A stretch of DNA of 64,000 nt, taken from positions 1-64,000 of the forward strand of contig ADNK01003277.1 of the NCBI GenBank assembly GCA_000320545.1, in the 5' to 3' direction. Each line of letters begins with the position of its first letter. The stretch's first letter is position 1. This stretch comes from Bigelowiella natans CCMP2755 (Eukaryota > Protista > Cercozoa). The notes under the pieces were generated by a model, which was given only the letters and a program-made list of their open reading frames with translations, had not been told where the DNA came from and made no database searches. Position numbers and translations under genes: made by a program. Of the stretch, positions 26,740-41,569 are shown piece by piece.

Positions 26740-27730
26740 ACACATGTATGGATACATGTTGTGTTGATGTCATGCATGCAGTCTAGCAGTCTAGCAGCAG
26801 TGGCAAACACATCATCAAATGCGATACTATGAGTAGCTGCATGATTGTTGATAGTTGCAGAAACACATGGCATGTGTTTTTTAACATCATCATTGGCCAG
26901 CTGCATGACACGGCTAGACGGCGCGTGCGATCGCTGCATTGCTATAGCTAGCTAGCTCTATTGCTAGATTGCTGTTCGTTAGTCTAGAGCTACTTCAATC
27001 GCAACGGTGATTTTTAGTGTTTCCCTGCATGCGCATGCATGCTAGCATGCAAGGCGGCGGAAGACACAAAGTTCAAAGAACATTAACCAGACTAGCTAGC
27101 TAGTAGTGTGAGAACCTCTAGACCTATAGCTAGCTGTCTAGCTGTGCTACGCAACTCATTATTCAACCCTGTGTCTACTAGTCTAGCTAGCTAGCTCTTC
27201 TAATTCGTAGAGCTATTTGATGATTGCAACAACTAGATAGCGCTGCAGCAGCATGCACGTACGTACGTACAGCACCGCAGTGCATCGTCACATTGCATGC
27301 TACTAGGCTAGCATGTTTGCCAAAATGAATTCCAGTCATTGCTAGCTAGCTAGATCGATTGGCCACCACAGACCAACCTAGCTAGCTAGCAACGCACAGT
27401 CTAGCAGTGCTAGAGTTGCATCTAACCTAGCAATGCAATGCCTAGAATTGTGCGCATTTACACACATGTCTAGCATCTAGCATGTGCCTCTCAATTGCCA
27501 GTGCTGGCCCGCACGCATGCTAGTGTGTGTGCATAATAAGATGTGCTGCAGCCGACGACACAGCTACGGCGCACAAACTGTGATTCCTTGCTAGCTAGCT
27601 AGGTCTAGAGGTGCGCGACAGCACCGCATAGCATGTTGCGACTCGCCACACTTTAGTACCAACATATAGATCATGCTAGTCTTAGCATGCTTCGCTGACA
27701 ACGGTGGCAGGGGACATCAATCTGTGTAGA
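26740..27730. other. Palindrome-rich island 4 at convergent junction
   Basis: Many gctagctagc, gcatgcgcatgcatgctagcatgc, acgtacgtacgtac. Confidence 0.8.
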
Positions 27731-27785
27731 CTACTAATACTGTACCATAATGTTGATCATTTCATTATATCATTTCATTGTACAG

Positions 27786-28886
27786 TTAGTTACTACTATC
27801 ATCTTTTGTAAGCAGAGGCTTTCCAGTTGCAGTAGCCCATGAAAAAAAATTGCAACGCGCACCTTTTTGGCCCGGTTTGCCATTTGGGAGTGGACAAACG
27901 TAGAACTTCCTCCCTTTGTTTGGCCCCCTCTTTAGCACTGTCCTTAAAAGACAAACCAAATTGTGGGATTTACATCTCGGTGCAGGAGGTCCTCTCCCGT
28001 GCAAGACATTTCGCCATGCTTTTTGTGATTCTGAGAGACGATGACGACGACGCTGAGAGTGATCATATTCATAGGAAGTGCTACTGATACTATGGTCAGG
28101 TAACAAAGGTAGTTGATTGAAATGATGTTGATTTGAAAGACTTGTCCTTGTCCTCCCTTTATCTAAATTTGATCGTGATGAAGCAGTATCATTTTTCTTA
28201 GCAGCAGTGGTTGAATATATAGCTTTTGCCGCAGAATTTGAAATGGTAGTTGAAGTAGAAGAGGTGTGCGTTGTTGCAATAATCTCATTCCTAAATTCTC
28301 TTATTGTAGAATCTTCACCAGCACAACCACTGTGATCAATATCATTAGAAATTGACTCGGATCGAGAGAACATTTTTTTTTTGTCAGAAAAACGTCCCTT
28401 CTTCTTCTTGTTGTCTACACTATCATCATCTTTAGTTTTCAACTTCTTCTTCTTTGTTGCCGATATTATTGCTGCTGCTGCTGCATCACCATCTAGTGTC
28501 AACGACGTAGTACTACAGCCAAAAAAGGTAAGTATCGAAGATTGCTGTTCTCTCTTCTGGTGGTGTATTAAAGACTTTCTCTTCTTTCTTCGTTGCCACC
28601 TCGATCTCTTACACATTTGACATTTGTTGTCATGTTTTCCATGAGAGGTTGCAATTAAAAAAGGAGCAACTTTATCATCACCACCATAGTCGTAGATGTC
28701 AACCGCGTTATTGACGAATGTACAAGTTTCACACGTCCACGAGGAGGACGATCTTGAAAGAGGAAGAGAAGATGATGATGATGATGGCTTTGATGTTATT
28801 GCTGTTTCTGCTAGTGATGGTGGTAGTGGAAGTGATGAAGACAATGACTGCGATGATGGGGATAGGAGCTGAGGATTCGTTGTTAA

Positions 28887-28930
<44 letters not shown>

Positions 28931-31305
28931 CTTTTTTTGTGAAGTATGAGCTTATTCGTTTTTGTCCTGAGAAACGACCTAGAATGGAATTCAAACTTAT
29001 GGTGAATATGACAGAAGAAAATGATTTGCCAAATAGCTGGGTGGTTTGAAGAAAAAGACGACTCATTACGTACATACAAGTATTGGACGTTTGGAAACTA
29101 CAAATAATTTGATCAACAAATGCATGCACAAGCACACCACCAGTGTAGGCACATTCTGCCACAGTAGGGGCCTTGAAGGAGGAGCTTTCACTTTTGTGCT
29201 GTTGTTCTTTTTTCGGATGATGCAAGACAGCAATGTCTGCGAAGACCGGACAGTGATCCGATCCTAAGATGTCATCCCATATTCCACAATCATTGCAAGC
29301 TTTTTGTGCAACCTTAGCACTCATAAGAATGTAATCTATTCTGCTGCCGTAGTTCGTCTTTCGTGCTCCCGTGACTTGATTCCAGTGTGTATATCTATAG
29401 TATTCATCTTTATTAGCCAAAGCATCATGGTTGCTGTGTAACAAGTCATATTTAAAAAATGGTAGCAAAGTAGCATGCTAGCTGTTTATAGGTGTTAGTT
29501 GTTTGATTCTGTAAAATATAACGCGGATGGAGGGACATTAAATGGGAAGCTGCTAGACAGCAGCAGCAGCCTAGGTTTTAATATAATATTCTATTTCATA
29601 GCTGCTGTGAATACTGGAGAAATAAGAGAGTGCCTGCTCGGGTTTTAAGAACTATTTGCATCTCTCAATTTATGCGATCTATTCCATATTCCTCCCTCCC
29701 AATAGCAATCAGATACTTAATGGCTACTACTCAAGCTGCATCATTACTATTGTAGATGACAACAACTTAACGTATAACTACTTAATACTATTCACCTCCG
29801 TTGTCGTGGATGGAAATGACGGTACGCGTCAACAAAACCTAGTTGGTTTAGCAACTTCTTCAACCATATTCTTGAAAAAGAAGAATGATCCACAGTACTC
29901 CAAGCAACATCTAAGGAGCTGATATAGTAGTAGTAGTAGTAGTATCACAAGAAGAAGAAGAAGAAAAGAGATATATTCGAACATAGTGCCAACTGATGGC
30001 GGTTTTATCGTATCATAATCTATTTAAACAAATAAGGTTAGAACTAGCGCAAGCAAAGAAGTGCTTGGAATTTCTTGGCATTTTGTTCTTTTTCTGTCTT
30101 ATTAGAACTACTATAATAGAGCTACCTTACACACGGAGGAGTTCAGGTTTGGGTTGAGATAATAATATGGAGTTGATAGAGGAATATTTTCCACGAGTAT
30201 GACTATTTTCTTCTACTTCTACTACTACTACTACTATTACTACCTGTGAGATACGTTTAAATCGCCGACAAGTATGACCTCCCTGTTATCTCTTCGCAAT
30301 GCCTTTACACGTAGATAGATGGCACGCAGGTATCGTTGCTTGAATTTAACACGCTGTAATAATAATATATGACAAAGAAGATTGTATGTCATGATCCTAA
30401 ACGAAAGAGTAACACGCTTTCTACAGATCCCATCTTGAAACAACAAAGCAATTCGTAAATGTGTTGACAAATTAAAAAAAACAAGAAGGAAAAAAGATGT
30501 ATAGCGTGTGTCCTCCCATTCTAACAAATAAGAAGATAGAGAAGTCTATCTGTATTATTTTTGAAAATATAACAAGACTAATGAAGCTACTTTATCAAAC
30601 TTGTCCTTATTCTCCAGAGGATCAATTGTTATGGCAGGACAGTATGTATTGATTAGAACGAAGTCTGCATGATCAGTCATTACACATCTGCCTTCGGAGT
30701 CAATCTAACCATAAAGGTAAATAAGCTTAGAAGAGGATGATCATGTTCTAAATGTTCAATATAATATCAAAGAAATCATCGATGAACTACAGGTAGCAAT
30801 ACAAGGGGACAGACACACCTTCATAAACTACCAAACTGCTGTTTAAATTTTCTTCACACCTCAAGTTTCTCAGAATGACTCCAATTTGCAAAGATTTCTT
30901 TCGAAAATTTTGCTCCGATTAACTCAGCGGATGCTGGAACAAGAACCCCCGTAATTCCTTCTTCGGAAGCAATAGGAGGGGTTCTGTTTAATAAGAAAAA
31001 ATGATAGTGGAAAGGGGGGAGGGAACAGAAGATGACGATGAAAATATATATTTATCGAGATTCTCTTCTCAGAGGTTGCCATCTAGCTTTTCGTCATTGC
31101 CCAGCTCTCAGTTTTCCGCAAGAATTTATTAACATATATTATACCAAATAGTCTTTTACCTGGAATATGTAACAACCCCAGAGTAGCCATTTGCTTTCCG
31201 CCCTTTGCACATAGAAAAGTAAGCATGGTATCCTGAGGGGCACGCCTAAGATGTGAGCGATAACGTTGCATCATCAATAGAAGAAAAACTCGACCATCAA
31301 ACGAT

Positions 31306-31338
<33 letters not shown>

Positions 31339-31560
31339 CTCCTACGTACGAGGCTCTCAATTAGCTCTGCCACAGTCAATTTAGTTTCCTGGAAGCATGC
31401 AAGAGACAAAGAGAATCGATGATTCTCAGACGATGATGACGATGACGATGATGATGATAATGATGATGATGGTAAGCCGCAGCGTTCAAGACTCCTTATT
31501 AGCTCCAGAACGTTTTTCACTATCATTACCAAAGTAAAAACACCATAAAATTTGATAGCG

Positions 31561-31645
<85 letters not shown>

Positions 31646-31973
31646 AGTGTATGCTTTTTTGATTGTCTGATGTATTCGTACTCTTTCCTTTCCCCAATGT
31701 ATTATCAATGATGCTTTCAAACATATCATACTCGATAGCCTTTTCAGGATTGCCCGAAGACCGTTGACGTTCCTATTTGTAGATAATCACCACAAGCAAG
31801 CAAACTTAATATTACCAAATACAAAGCCACATCCATATCACTTTCGATTTGCGCAAGTTCAAAATAACAGCGAGTTTCATCGACTACCAAGAAATAAGCC
31901 GTACTGTGGACTTCTTTTCACATTCCCCCTCCTTTTTTCTGTGCAGGGAATTTGCAAAATGGGACTTATCCAT
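27786..31973 (-). CDS. APEX2: AP endonuclease 2 (EEP domain, PIP boxes, GRF zinc finger)
   Basis: LISW|NVNGLR, CFQETK, GYSGV, DSEGRCVMTDH, GDLNVSHR, YTHW...NYGSRIDYIL, GSDHCPV; QKRISSYF and QSSILTFF PIP-like boxes; C-terminal PRCKSH...GPNKGRKFYVC...CNFFSWA. Confidence 0.93.
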
Positions 31974-32372
31974 GATATGGATCTTCACTTCGCTTTTAAT
32001 CCAACTGTAGAATAAAAATATCCTTCGCTCCTTGTCTTCCTGTGGCCTCGACTACCTGTTGCCTCGTTTAGTCGAGGAATGTGAACAGCAGCCCTCCCTT
32101 GTGCGCTACGTGTAATGCCATCCGTCTCCAGTATAAAATCATTATTCAGTATGATTAGTTTTCAGCAGTTTTCTTCCTTCCTTCCTTCCCCCTTTCGGGT
32201 TGCATGGACTGCATGAACGAGAGTTTCATGTATGGGAAGCTCTTCCTCCTCATTGGAATTGATCCGAGCGATTTTTTTACGAATGCAGGGCAATTATCAA
32301 AAGAGACAACTATTTGTATATAAATTTACTTATTTATGCATATCAAATTCATGCAACACATCTGGATACACC

Positions 32373-32950
32373 ATGTCTGCTGCCGACCCCACAGGAGCGC
32401 AAGGTGTGCTAATGGTGGTGATGATGGTGGTGAATGGTGGTGGCGGTAGTTATCGTGTAACCTCACCAGTCTTTTCTTCAAAATTGTTGATGGATTTGAA
32501 CCTTCGACGATTGCAGGTAGTGGAGACCTATACCCTCCACCCCCTCCATTCTATTTACTCTATGGTGCTTCACCCTGTTCGGATGATGATGACATCGAAA
32601 GTGTTGGCCATCAAGGCAGTGTCGCCACCAAAGTTGAAAATAAAGTGCAGGAGCAGGAGCACCTTGGTGGGGAAGTAGTAGCAGCAGCAAGGGAACAGCA
32701 GCAGCAAGGGCCGGTAATAAAATCAGATAAAGCCTAACACCTCATTATTATTCAATGGGTCTGATCCATTATTTCCCCCTTATTATTCAATGACTCTGAT
32801 CCATTATTTTCCTCATTCTGCTTGCCATCCTTCATATTATCTACACTCTTCTATTAGGAACACTCGATGATAAATCCCGATTTATTGCTACCACCACCCG
32901 TGTTGGAGGGAGACTATGTCAAGTTTGGACGACCTGAAACCTCGAAGTAA

Positions 32951-32982
<32 letters not shown>

Positions 32983-34927
32983 ATGGTATTGGGCCTCCTT
33001 TAGGCGTCGTTGTAAGCAAATAAAAACAATGACAACATCACTGTTTAGTAATAACCAAGACCGTGTGTAGGAGCAGACACAATGTTCATAATTATATTCC
33101 CATTTTCATTCTTAGATGTACATTATATTTGACATGCTTCATCGACATGGTGATATATGCATGTTATCCTCCTCCTCCTCCTCGTCATCATCATCATCAT
33201 CTAGTATTCTTGTTTGTTGCTCGAACAAACATAAGGTTTATAAAATGGGATCTTCCGGTTCCAAAGTTATACACAGAGCAGCGCGTCGCTCAAAATGGAA
33301 AACAAATGGAGATATGTAAGCGAATGATCACAAGAAAAACAAAATTATCAAACAACTCAGAAATGACTATTGAAAGGAATCATTAGTTAAAGGACAGAAG
33401 AAAATGATCGAGAGAGAAAAAGAGGGAGAGAATGGAGAAGGAAAGAAAAGAAGGGGACATCTATCACAGTTGTAGCTTCTGCAAATAACGACAGATATTG
33501 TTACCAAATGAAGACGAAGAGGCTACATTCTCATCAAAGCTTTCTTTTGTGTGAATGTGTTAATACACCGTATAATCAATTCTACCTGCCTGTGATGTGA
33601 TTGGTGGAGAAACAAGCTAGTAGTAATAACAGCAATATTCAAGCTAGTAGTAATAATAACAATAACAACATTAATGTGGTGTCCCTGCTGTTTCAACCAA
33701 TTTTAGCATTTGCGTCCGAATTACGTCGCCTAAATAAAAAGACATTTCAGGAATTCATACTTCTTCTTAGAACCATAGCGGTAGTAAACAATGGTGTATC
33801 GTCGTCATCATAACTTTATAGTAGTAGTAGTATTTGATGATGATTAGATGATGAATGATTCTCTGTGTTAACTCGAAATTGACGGAGAATATAGATGTAA
33901 GAGTAGTAGTAGTAGTAGTAGTAGGATTGTTCATATGTGAACCAACGTCCTAATCCATCCTAGTAGTAGGGTTGTTCATATGTGAACCAACGTCCTAATC
34001 CATCCTAGTAGTAGGGTTGTTCATATATGAACCAACGTCCGAATCCATCCTAGTAGTAGGGTTGTTCATATTTGAACCAACATCCTAATCCATCCAAACC
34101 AAACCAACACGCCTCAGGGAAAAGAAGAAGAACATCAACAACAACAAAATGCAGATGAGGACAAGAATAAGCAAATAAAATCCGAGAAAGATGATGGTGA
34201 TGATAACGCCAAAGGTGCATAATAACTGTAACATGAATAAATAATATATCGAAGTATGATCTCCAATTTGTAGTAGTATTGTAGTATCACCGCTTATAAT
34301 AATACGTGATTGTTGTTGTGATGGTGATGATGGTGATGATGAGCTTGCTGCAATATATCTGCTGCTTTAAGATAGATCATCATGACAACGACGATGACGA
34401 TGACGTTGATGATAATTATGGATTTGGTGTATTACAATCCATCCATCAGCAGCAGGGCCATCATCATCATCACTGCCGTTCAACATAGAATCGCTGCCTC
34501 ACTTCAAGCATATGCAGAATCTGGAACATCTATTCTGGTAAGAACTACTATACCAACTCATAATCGATTCATTGGTGGTAGATATTGATAGAATAATCTC
34601 ACGGAAGAAGACATCAAATCTATGCAGTGGTGGTGGCAATTCTTGGTTTTTCGATTATTTATGTCATTATTATCATTTAGTTGTTCAGATGATTATAACA
34701 AACAGCAAACAACAAAAACAATTTCTTCGTCATTCATGTTGTGTACTTGAATTCGTATTGTACTACTACTACCACTACTACTAATACTACTGGATTTATT
34801 ATCTCACGTGTTAATACTACCGGTAGCAGCAGCTTCTTCAGTCTTAGTATTACCCGCTCTGTTGTTCGTCATCTACTACTTGTTATTAGCAACATGACGC
34901 ATTTAACCAACCTCTTGCGCCCTCACC

Positions 34928-34960
<33 letters not shown>

Positions 34961-35072
34961 TATATATACATATAGTAGTAGTAGTAGTAGTAGTACATTA
35001 TCTCATCAATTTTTTTGGATTCTTCTCATGATTCGACAACACTACTACTCTATGATTTCTGTTTTAGTGGAG

Positions 35073-35108
<36 letters not shown>

Positions 35109-35176
35109 AACAACAACAGCATATCTCTATCCATCTCCTCTGTCCTTCATATCAACTTATAATCGCTACTACTACC

Positions 35177-35210
<34 letters not shown>

Positions 35211-36098
35211 TATTATGCGTATCATCATCATCATCATCATCATCATTATTATTATTATGACGTACTTGCACTTCTTCATCATCATCATAATTATTGTGGC
35301 GATCATCATCATCATCATCATCATCATCATTATGGCATACTTGCACTTGTTCTTCTTCCTCTTGTTCTCAGGCACGACGGTCCCTCATTTCCTCCCTTCG
35401 TAAACAAATTGAAAGAAGGAAAAAACGTGTGAAGCATCTTAGAAGATGTGTGGAAAAGGCGAAGGGTAGTAGTACTAATAGTGCTAGTAGTAGTTGTAGT
35501 AGAAGTAGTAGTAGTAGTTGTCAAGCAGTACTACAACACTACTACTACTACCACTACCACTACCACCATTACTAGCACTTGATCTACATAGTAGTAGTGT
35601 GAAAGTCCTACACCTATTATTCTACTATTGCCTATTCCAACACACAACCCATCATACGCATGATGCATACATCTTGAGAAACAGACTACATAATCTCAGT
35701 TAGGGTATACTACTACACCAAACTAAATCCTGATATCTTCTTCTCCTTTTTCTTACTACAGCAAATTAAATCCTGATATCTTGTTCTTCTTTTCTTTTCT
35801 TCTTTCTTTCTCATATCATCATTATCAAGACTATCTTTCTCGCCACCCGAAACCAGTTGAAGAAGAAGAAGAAGATGATGATGAAGAAGATGAAAACAAA
35901 AAGATATCTTCGTCGTCGCTCTCATCATTGAAATCTAAGAAGCACGAAGATCATCATACCCCCTCATCACACGTTACGAAATTAATCGCTTCAGCAGGTC
36001 ACGAGTCATCATCAATGGAACTAGAGCGTGTAGTCGGAGAAAAAGAAAAAATGAGCAGCAGCGTAAGAGCGGAAGGGATTGACGGTAGGAGTAGATGA
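32373..36098 (+). CDS. MED7: Mediator complex subunit 7
   Basis: LYPPPPPFYLLY, LLPPPVLEGDYVKFG, FASELRRLNKKTFQEFILLL, NMTHLTNLLRPHQ|ARRSLISSLRKQIERRK. The C-terminal exon boundary is approximate. Confidence 0.85.
33916..34095. repeat. Intronic minisatellite, 4 x 45 bp
   Basis: tagtagtagggttgttcatatgtgaaccaacgtcctaatccatcc repeated with few substitutions and no spacers. Confidence 0.9.
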
Positions 36099-36549
36099 TG
36101 ATGCCATTGCCAACTATCAACCTTTTGCTGATATAGCTTAAATAGTCGGAAAAATGTTGGCTAGCACTAATTCGAAAGAATCGATTCATTTAGAGGAAGA
36201 AGAAACTAATTTCTCATCAGCATCTTCATAGACAATGGCATGATTGAGACTAACAACAAATTACCCACATGTTACACAAACAACACCTTTACTTATTTTA
36301 CCTTAGAGAAAGACAATGAGGAGATGATTAACTCGGTCGTAATAGATAGCTTGCTGTCGAAGCTGGATGCGCTGTAGGTAATAACATCAACAGTATAGCT
36401 AGCATTACATCCATGTAGTATTATAATGCAAAAAAGACGAGTGTAACTCTTTATGAAAAATACTATTGATCGAACGCGGCTTGATGCCATTACAAGTGAG
36501 CATGAATTCATTTACCATGGTTATTTGTACGCTATCATGGTTAATCAAT

Positions 36550-37110
36550 GAAATCTATCGTTTAGCGTGCACTAGAGTACTTGCGCCTTGCGACGTTCGC
36601 CCATTCTAGCTAAGCATTGCGACATCGATTTGAATGCATGCAGATCGAGAGACAAGTCTGCATGTTTTTGGGCGGCAATAAATCCTAAACAGCGTTAATT
36701 CATCGATCAATTAAAGCTAAATGTGCTAAAGCTGCCCCTTATTAGACATCTAATAATGAACCATTTCTGCACATAAGGCACCGCTAGCTAGCTAGACCGC
36801 TCTCTATATGCAAGCGCCTTCGATACGACGTACTAGCGTAACCCGAGCATGCATGTGGCGTACCGTTCTAGCGTTTACATGCTGCATGCTCTAGTGCTAG
36901 CTTTCGAATCGCTTGTTCCCGAAGTGTGCTAGTCATTGCACTATACGTACAGCTAACAGAGCTTGAGACAGCAGCACTAATATAGAGAATATGGAGTTCT
37001 CTAGTTCTAGAGTTATCAACGTAGGTTTTGTTCATCTAAGAGGATGTGTGACTCACACTCGCATCTACTTGCACATGGTCGAATGCAACATACCATACTA
37101 GCATATCTAG
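36550..37110. other. Palindrome-rich island 5 at convergent junction
   Basis: e.g. gctagctagctag, gcatgcatgtg. Confidence 0.7.
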
Positions 37111-37127
37111 ATATATATACAGCATAG

Positions 37128-37167
<40 letters not shown>

Positions 37168-37518
37168 TACAACCCTCAGCAATCACATGTATTATCATGA
37201 ACTTTGTATCTAGAGCTTCAGAGTGTTAACCACTACTGAAATGACAAAACCACATACACACACATACACATACACATACACATACACACGTAGCTACATC
37301 ATCATCTTCGCATACACACACGTTTAAACGATGATCGAAGACGCTTACGTAGTACTATTACTAATACTACTTCGCTGCTGCTCAGGGACTGTTGTTTTAT
37401 GTGCTAGAGGTCGTCTACTACTACTGCTGCTGCTACTGTTTAGGGGCTGTTCTGTGGGCTGGAGGTCTCCCCCTTTTTGGTTTACTTGTAGCTTCCTGGT
37501 GATTCATATCAGGTAATA

Positions 37519-37557
<39 letters not shown>

Positions 37558-37669
37558 GAGAAACATGCATGATAGATAATAATGAGAGATACGCAAAAAA
37601 CAAAAAGAAATACTTACAAAGTAAGATTTTCCTCTCTATAAGCAGCAGGACTGTTGTAATAGTAGTAGT

Positions 37670-40548
37670 CTACGTATACACTGCTCTTACATTGGTTGAA
37701 GTAGCACTTGGTGATGACAGCAATACTCTTCGGCTCAGTTTGAGTTGATTTTTCTCGTTGATATCAATGACTTTAACATCGATCTGGTCTCCCACTTTAA
37801 ACATGTCGTTGATTTTCTCCACGCGTTTCGAATCAAGTTCACTTATGTGACACAATGCTCTTAGCCCTGGCTTCACCTGTTTATCATCACTATCATCATT
37901 TAAGTAATGTAATAGTAAGAAGTAGCAATATTATAGAGGGAGGACATGGTGTTTCTTGTTTTAAGCATAAACAACAACGATGGTAAAACAACAACAACAA
38001 CCATTTGATGAAAATAATAACCATAACAATAGGAAACAAGAACAAGCAACAACTCTGTAATAATAATAATAATAATAAGATCCATGGGAGAGAATGGTAT
38101 CATCATTGCTACTGGGTATAGTTTGATAACTAGAATAAGAGGAGGAAGCAAGGATGTGGTATTAGTAGTAGGCAAATACGATCGAATGCCTCCTATTTGT
38201 TGTTGGTGTTGTATTTCTCTCCTCTTCCGTCCTCTACCACCCTCCTACAAACAGCGTCACAACTACCACTTCTAGTAGTACAACTACTGCTACTACCTCA
38301 ACAAAGACTCCGTATGCTTCAATCCATTGTATCTTAACACCCTTCAAAACCTCTCCCACCTTAGGCATGGGACCGCTATAAGCCTTTAATTTCCAACAAA
38401 GCAACAACAACAACAACAACAACAACAAACCCATCAATCAGCAAGGAGACCACATTAAAGGCACAATGTTCTCGAGTAACAACTCATCATCAATGATATG
38501 TATTATCATTATCATCAAATCATCATCATCATCACCATTGTATCCACCATAATTCATCACGACAAGTATAGTGATAATGGTCATTTGTCATCATCATGAG
38601 TTGATCGTATTATTCAGGCTGCTGCTGCTACTGCTTCTTCTTCTTCTTCTTCTTCTTCTTCTTCTTCTTCCTCTACTCCTCCACAACATAAAGTTGTCGC
38701 TATTTATATGCTTAGCACCACCAACCTCCTTCGTGTAAGGGCCTTTATCATCTTCTGAAACTAAAGACTCGATTTTTTTCTTTGCTTCTTTAGCAGCATT
38801 CATATCAACGGCCATAATTTTAACTGAACCATCATCTGACACATCGCAAGACTCAAGTTTGTAAGTCTCGATGATACTCTTAATTTGTTTTCCGCCAGGG
38901 CCAATGAGCTTTCCAATGGCATTAGGAGGAATCATCAATGACACCTGGTGTAGTAGTAGCAGTATTATCATAGATACAACAACGAATATCATGCTAAGGT
39001 AGTAGTATAGCTTGAACAACAAGAAGAAGAAGAAGAAGAAGAAGCTTTTCTTCTGCTGGCTAGTGCTTTGTATCGAAATAGAAATTGAATTAAAAAAGGG
39101 GGAGGCTGGCTGCTGCTTTGTATCCAAACAGAATTAAAAAAGGAGGAGGAGGAGGATAAATATTAACATACACAAAGAATTTTGAACAATATCATTTTTC
39201 TGCTGCGTGAATCGGGAAGATACGGAATAGATAGTAATAATTATTACAATTTTAGGTGCTGATGCAGCGAGAGACTCCCTTGTAGTTGGTAATGCTTCAG
39301 TCATTTTGTCCAAAATATGTGTACGTGCAGATCTTGCTTGTAGGAGAGTCTTTCGTATAGCTTCGATGGATAAACCAAAGTTTTTGATGTCTAACTGTAA
39401 TGAGGTAATTCCTGTCGCATTTCCAGCCACTTTGAAGTCCATCATGCCCAATGCATCTTCAAACCCAAGGATATCACTCAAAATCAATGACTCTCCTGTT
39501 TTAATCAAGCGGTAATGTAGAACGTAGGAGGGGGAGGAGGAAAAAGAGAAGAAATAGTAAGAAGGGGTGAAAGAAGAAGAGGAAGAAAAGGACGCAACAA
39601 ACGCAACATCAGCTGCAATTATTACACCATATTTCACTACTACTGCAATTTGTGGATGGATAAACAAAAAAGGAGGAAGTAGTACTGAAATGTCATTAAA
39701 CATGGAGGGAAGCGGGAGGACTGAACGAGTAATAAGATGGGACAAACTAGGTATGGCTGCTTTTAGCCACCACAAGCAATTCCATCTACTGTGAACATGA
39801 TGATGATCATCATATCACATCAGTAGTACTACCTACCTGATGCAACAGTAGTAGGATCGACTAAAAGCCCCATTGCAACACCAGCTACAGGAGACTTAAC
39901 AGGAATCCCAGCATCCATCATAGCTAGAGAACATGCACACACGGTTGCCATGCTGCTACTTCCATCTGATTGAGTAACAAGACTCTCTGCACGTACAGTG
40001 TACGGAAATTGGGAATGCTCAGGCATTGAAGGATCCAGTGCTCTCTCTGCAAGATCACCATGCCCTACCTCTCTTCTTCCAGGAGCTCCTACTCTTCCAA
40101 CCTTTCAATGATGTTGTTGTTATTGTTGTTGTTGTATGTAAGTAAACAAGTAATAATGATGATGATGACGATGATGACGATGAACAGTAATGACAATTGA
40201 GTCATCATCATCATCGTCATCGTCATCGTCATCATCATAAGCGGCCACTACGAAGACATCATGATCTTATTTCTGCTGCAGCAACAACTAAAACAACAAC
40301 AACAACAACAACAACAACTCTATTGCTACTACTCATTACATGTATTATGTATGCATCCAATAAGTAAATAAGTAAATAAATAAATTAATTTATTAATTAA
40401 TATAATAATAATATATTAATTTTTACAGCATGTTCCATCTCAACAGCAACCTAAACTAAACTAGCATCAATTATTTATATTAATTGTTTTATCGAGCAAT
40501 ATGAAATATCATCATGTCTTATGTGTTAAAAAACAACAACAACTGCTA

Positions 40549-40584
<36 letters not shown>

Positions 40585-41464
40585 TGGTATTGGTGCAAGC
40601 AATAATCTACTACTACCTCTCCAACACTGCAGGGAGGAAAGTTGTATTGTAAGTAAAATCTCTGAGAGATATCTCCGTGCAAAGTCGGGTCTATCAACTG
40701 CATGCTACTATCACCAAGCGTGATGGTAGCAAGTGCCTGTGTTGTTCCCCTTGTAAATAGAGCAGAACCGTGTGTACAAGGAAGCACGGGAGTTTCAATG
40801 CCAATGTCCCGCACTTGAAAAATACCTCTACCATCAATCCTTTTGCCTTCGTTTTCAACCATGTGACGCAACCGCTTAATCGTTAGTCGTTTTATTGCAA
40901 TCTTCAGGTCTTCCTAAGGAGCGGGGAGGGGGGGGGGGGAGAGAGTGGTAAGGGGTTACTGGATGATGAACATATGAACTTGTATCTAGTAGTACCTCAT
41001 CGTAACTACTACTACTAATGTTCTCTTCTTCCTCCTTCTCCACTGCGCTGTTATTAGTAGTGTCAGCATCTTGTTCTGCTGCTACTGCTGCTTGAGAGGA
41101 GAGAAGAGATTCCAAAATAGTAGTCTTTGCTTTATCAAATGCTGCACCTCTAACTTGTTTCTCGCTTATATGAAGTGCTTCATCGATAAGTTGTGTGCCT
41201 ACGTCAGCAACTGCATCCATAGCACTCTCAGGAAGGTTATACAAACTCTTCTTTTCTTTTCCGATGTGTGCTGCAAACGCCTCTATTGCATCGCATATAG
41301 GAATGATGTGTTTATGTGCTTCTTCAATGGCGTTGACAACAATATCTTCAGATAAGAAATTAGCTTCGCCTTCAACCATGACGACCTGATTGATGATAGT
41401 CATTGAATCATCATAGCAGTAAGCTTGCGGCAGGGAAATGATGATGATGATGATGACGAACACA

Positions 41465-41514
<50 letters not shown>

Positions 41515-41523
41515 CATTTTGTG

Positions 41524-41569
<46 letters not shown>

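Noticed and set aside
26740-27730. Z-DNA as the explanation for the islands
   Set aside because: Z-DNA is favoured by negative supercoiling behind polymerases, whereas these islands lie between convergent ends; not supported without data.
33916-34095. CRISPR-like array
   Set aside because: Units are contiguous with no unique spacers, there are no cas genes, and it lies in a eukaryotic intron.
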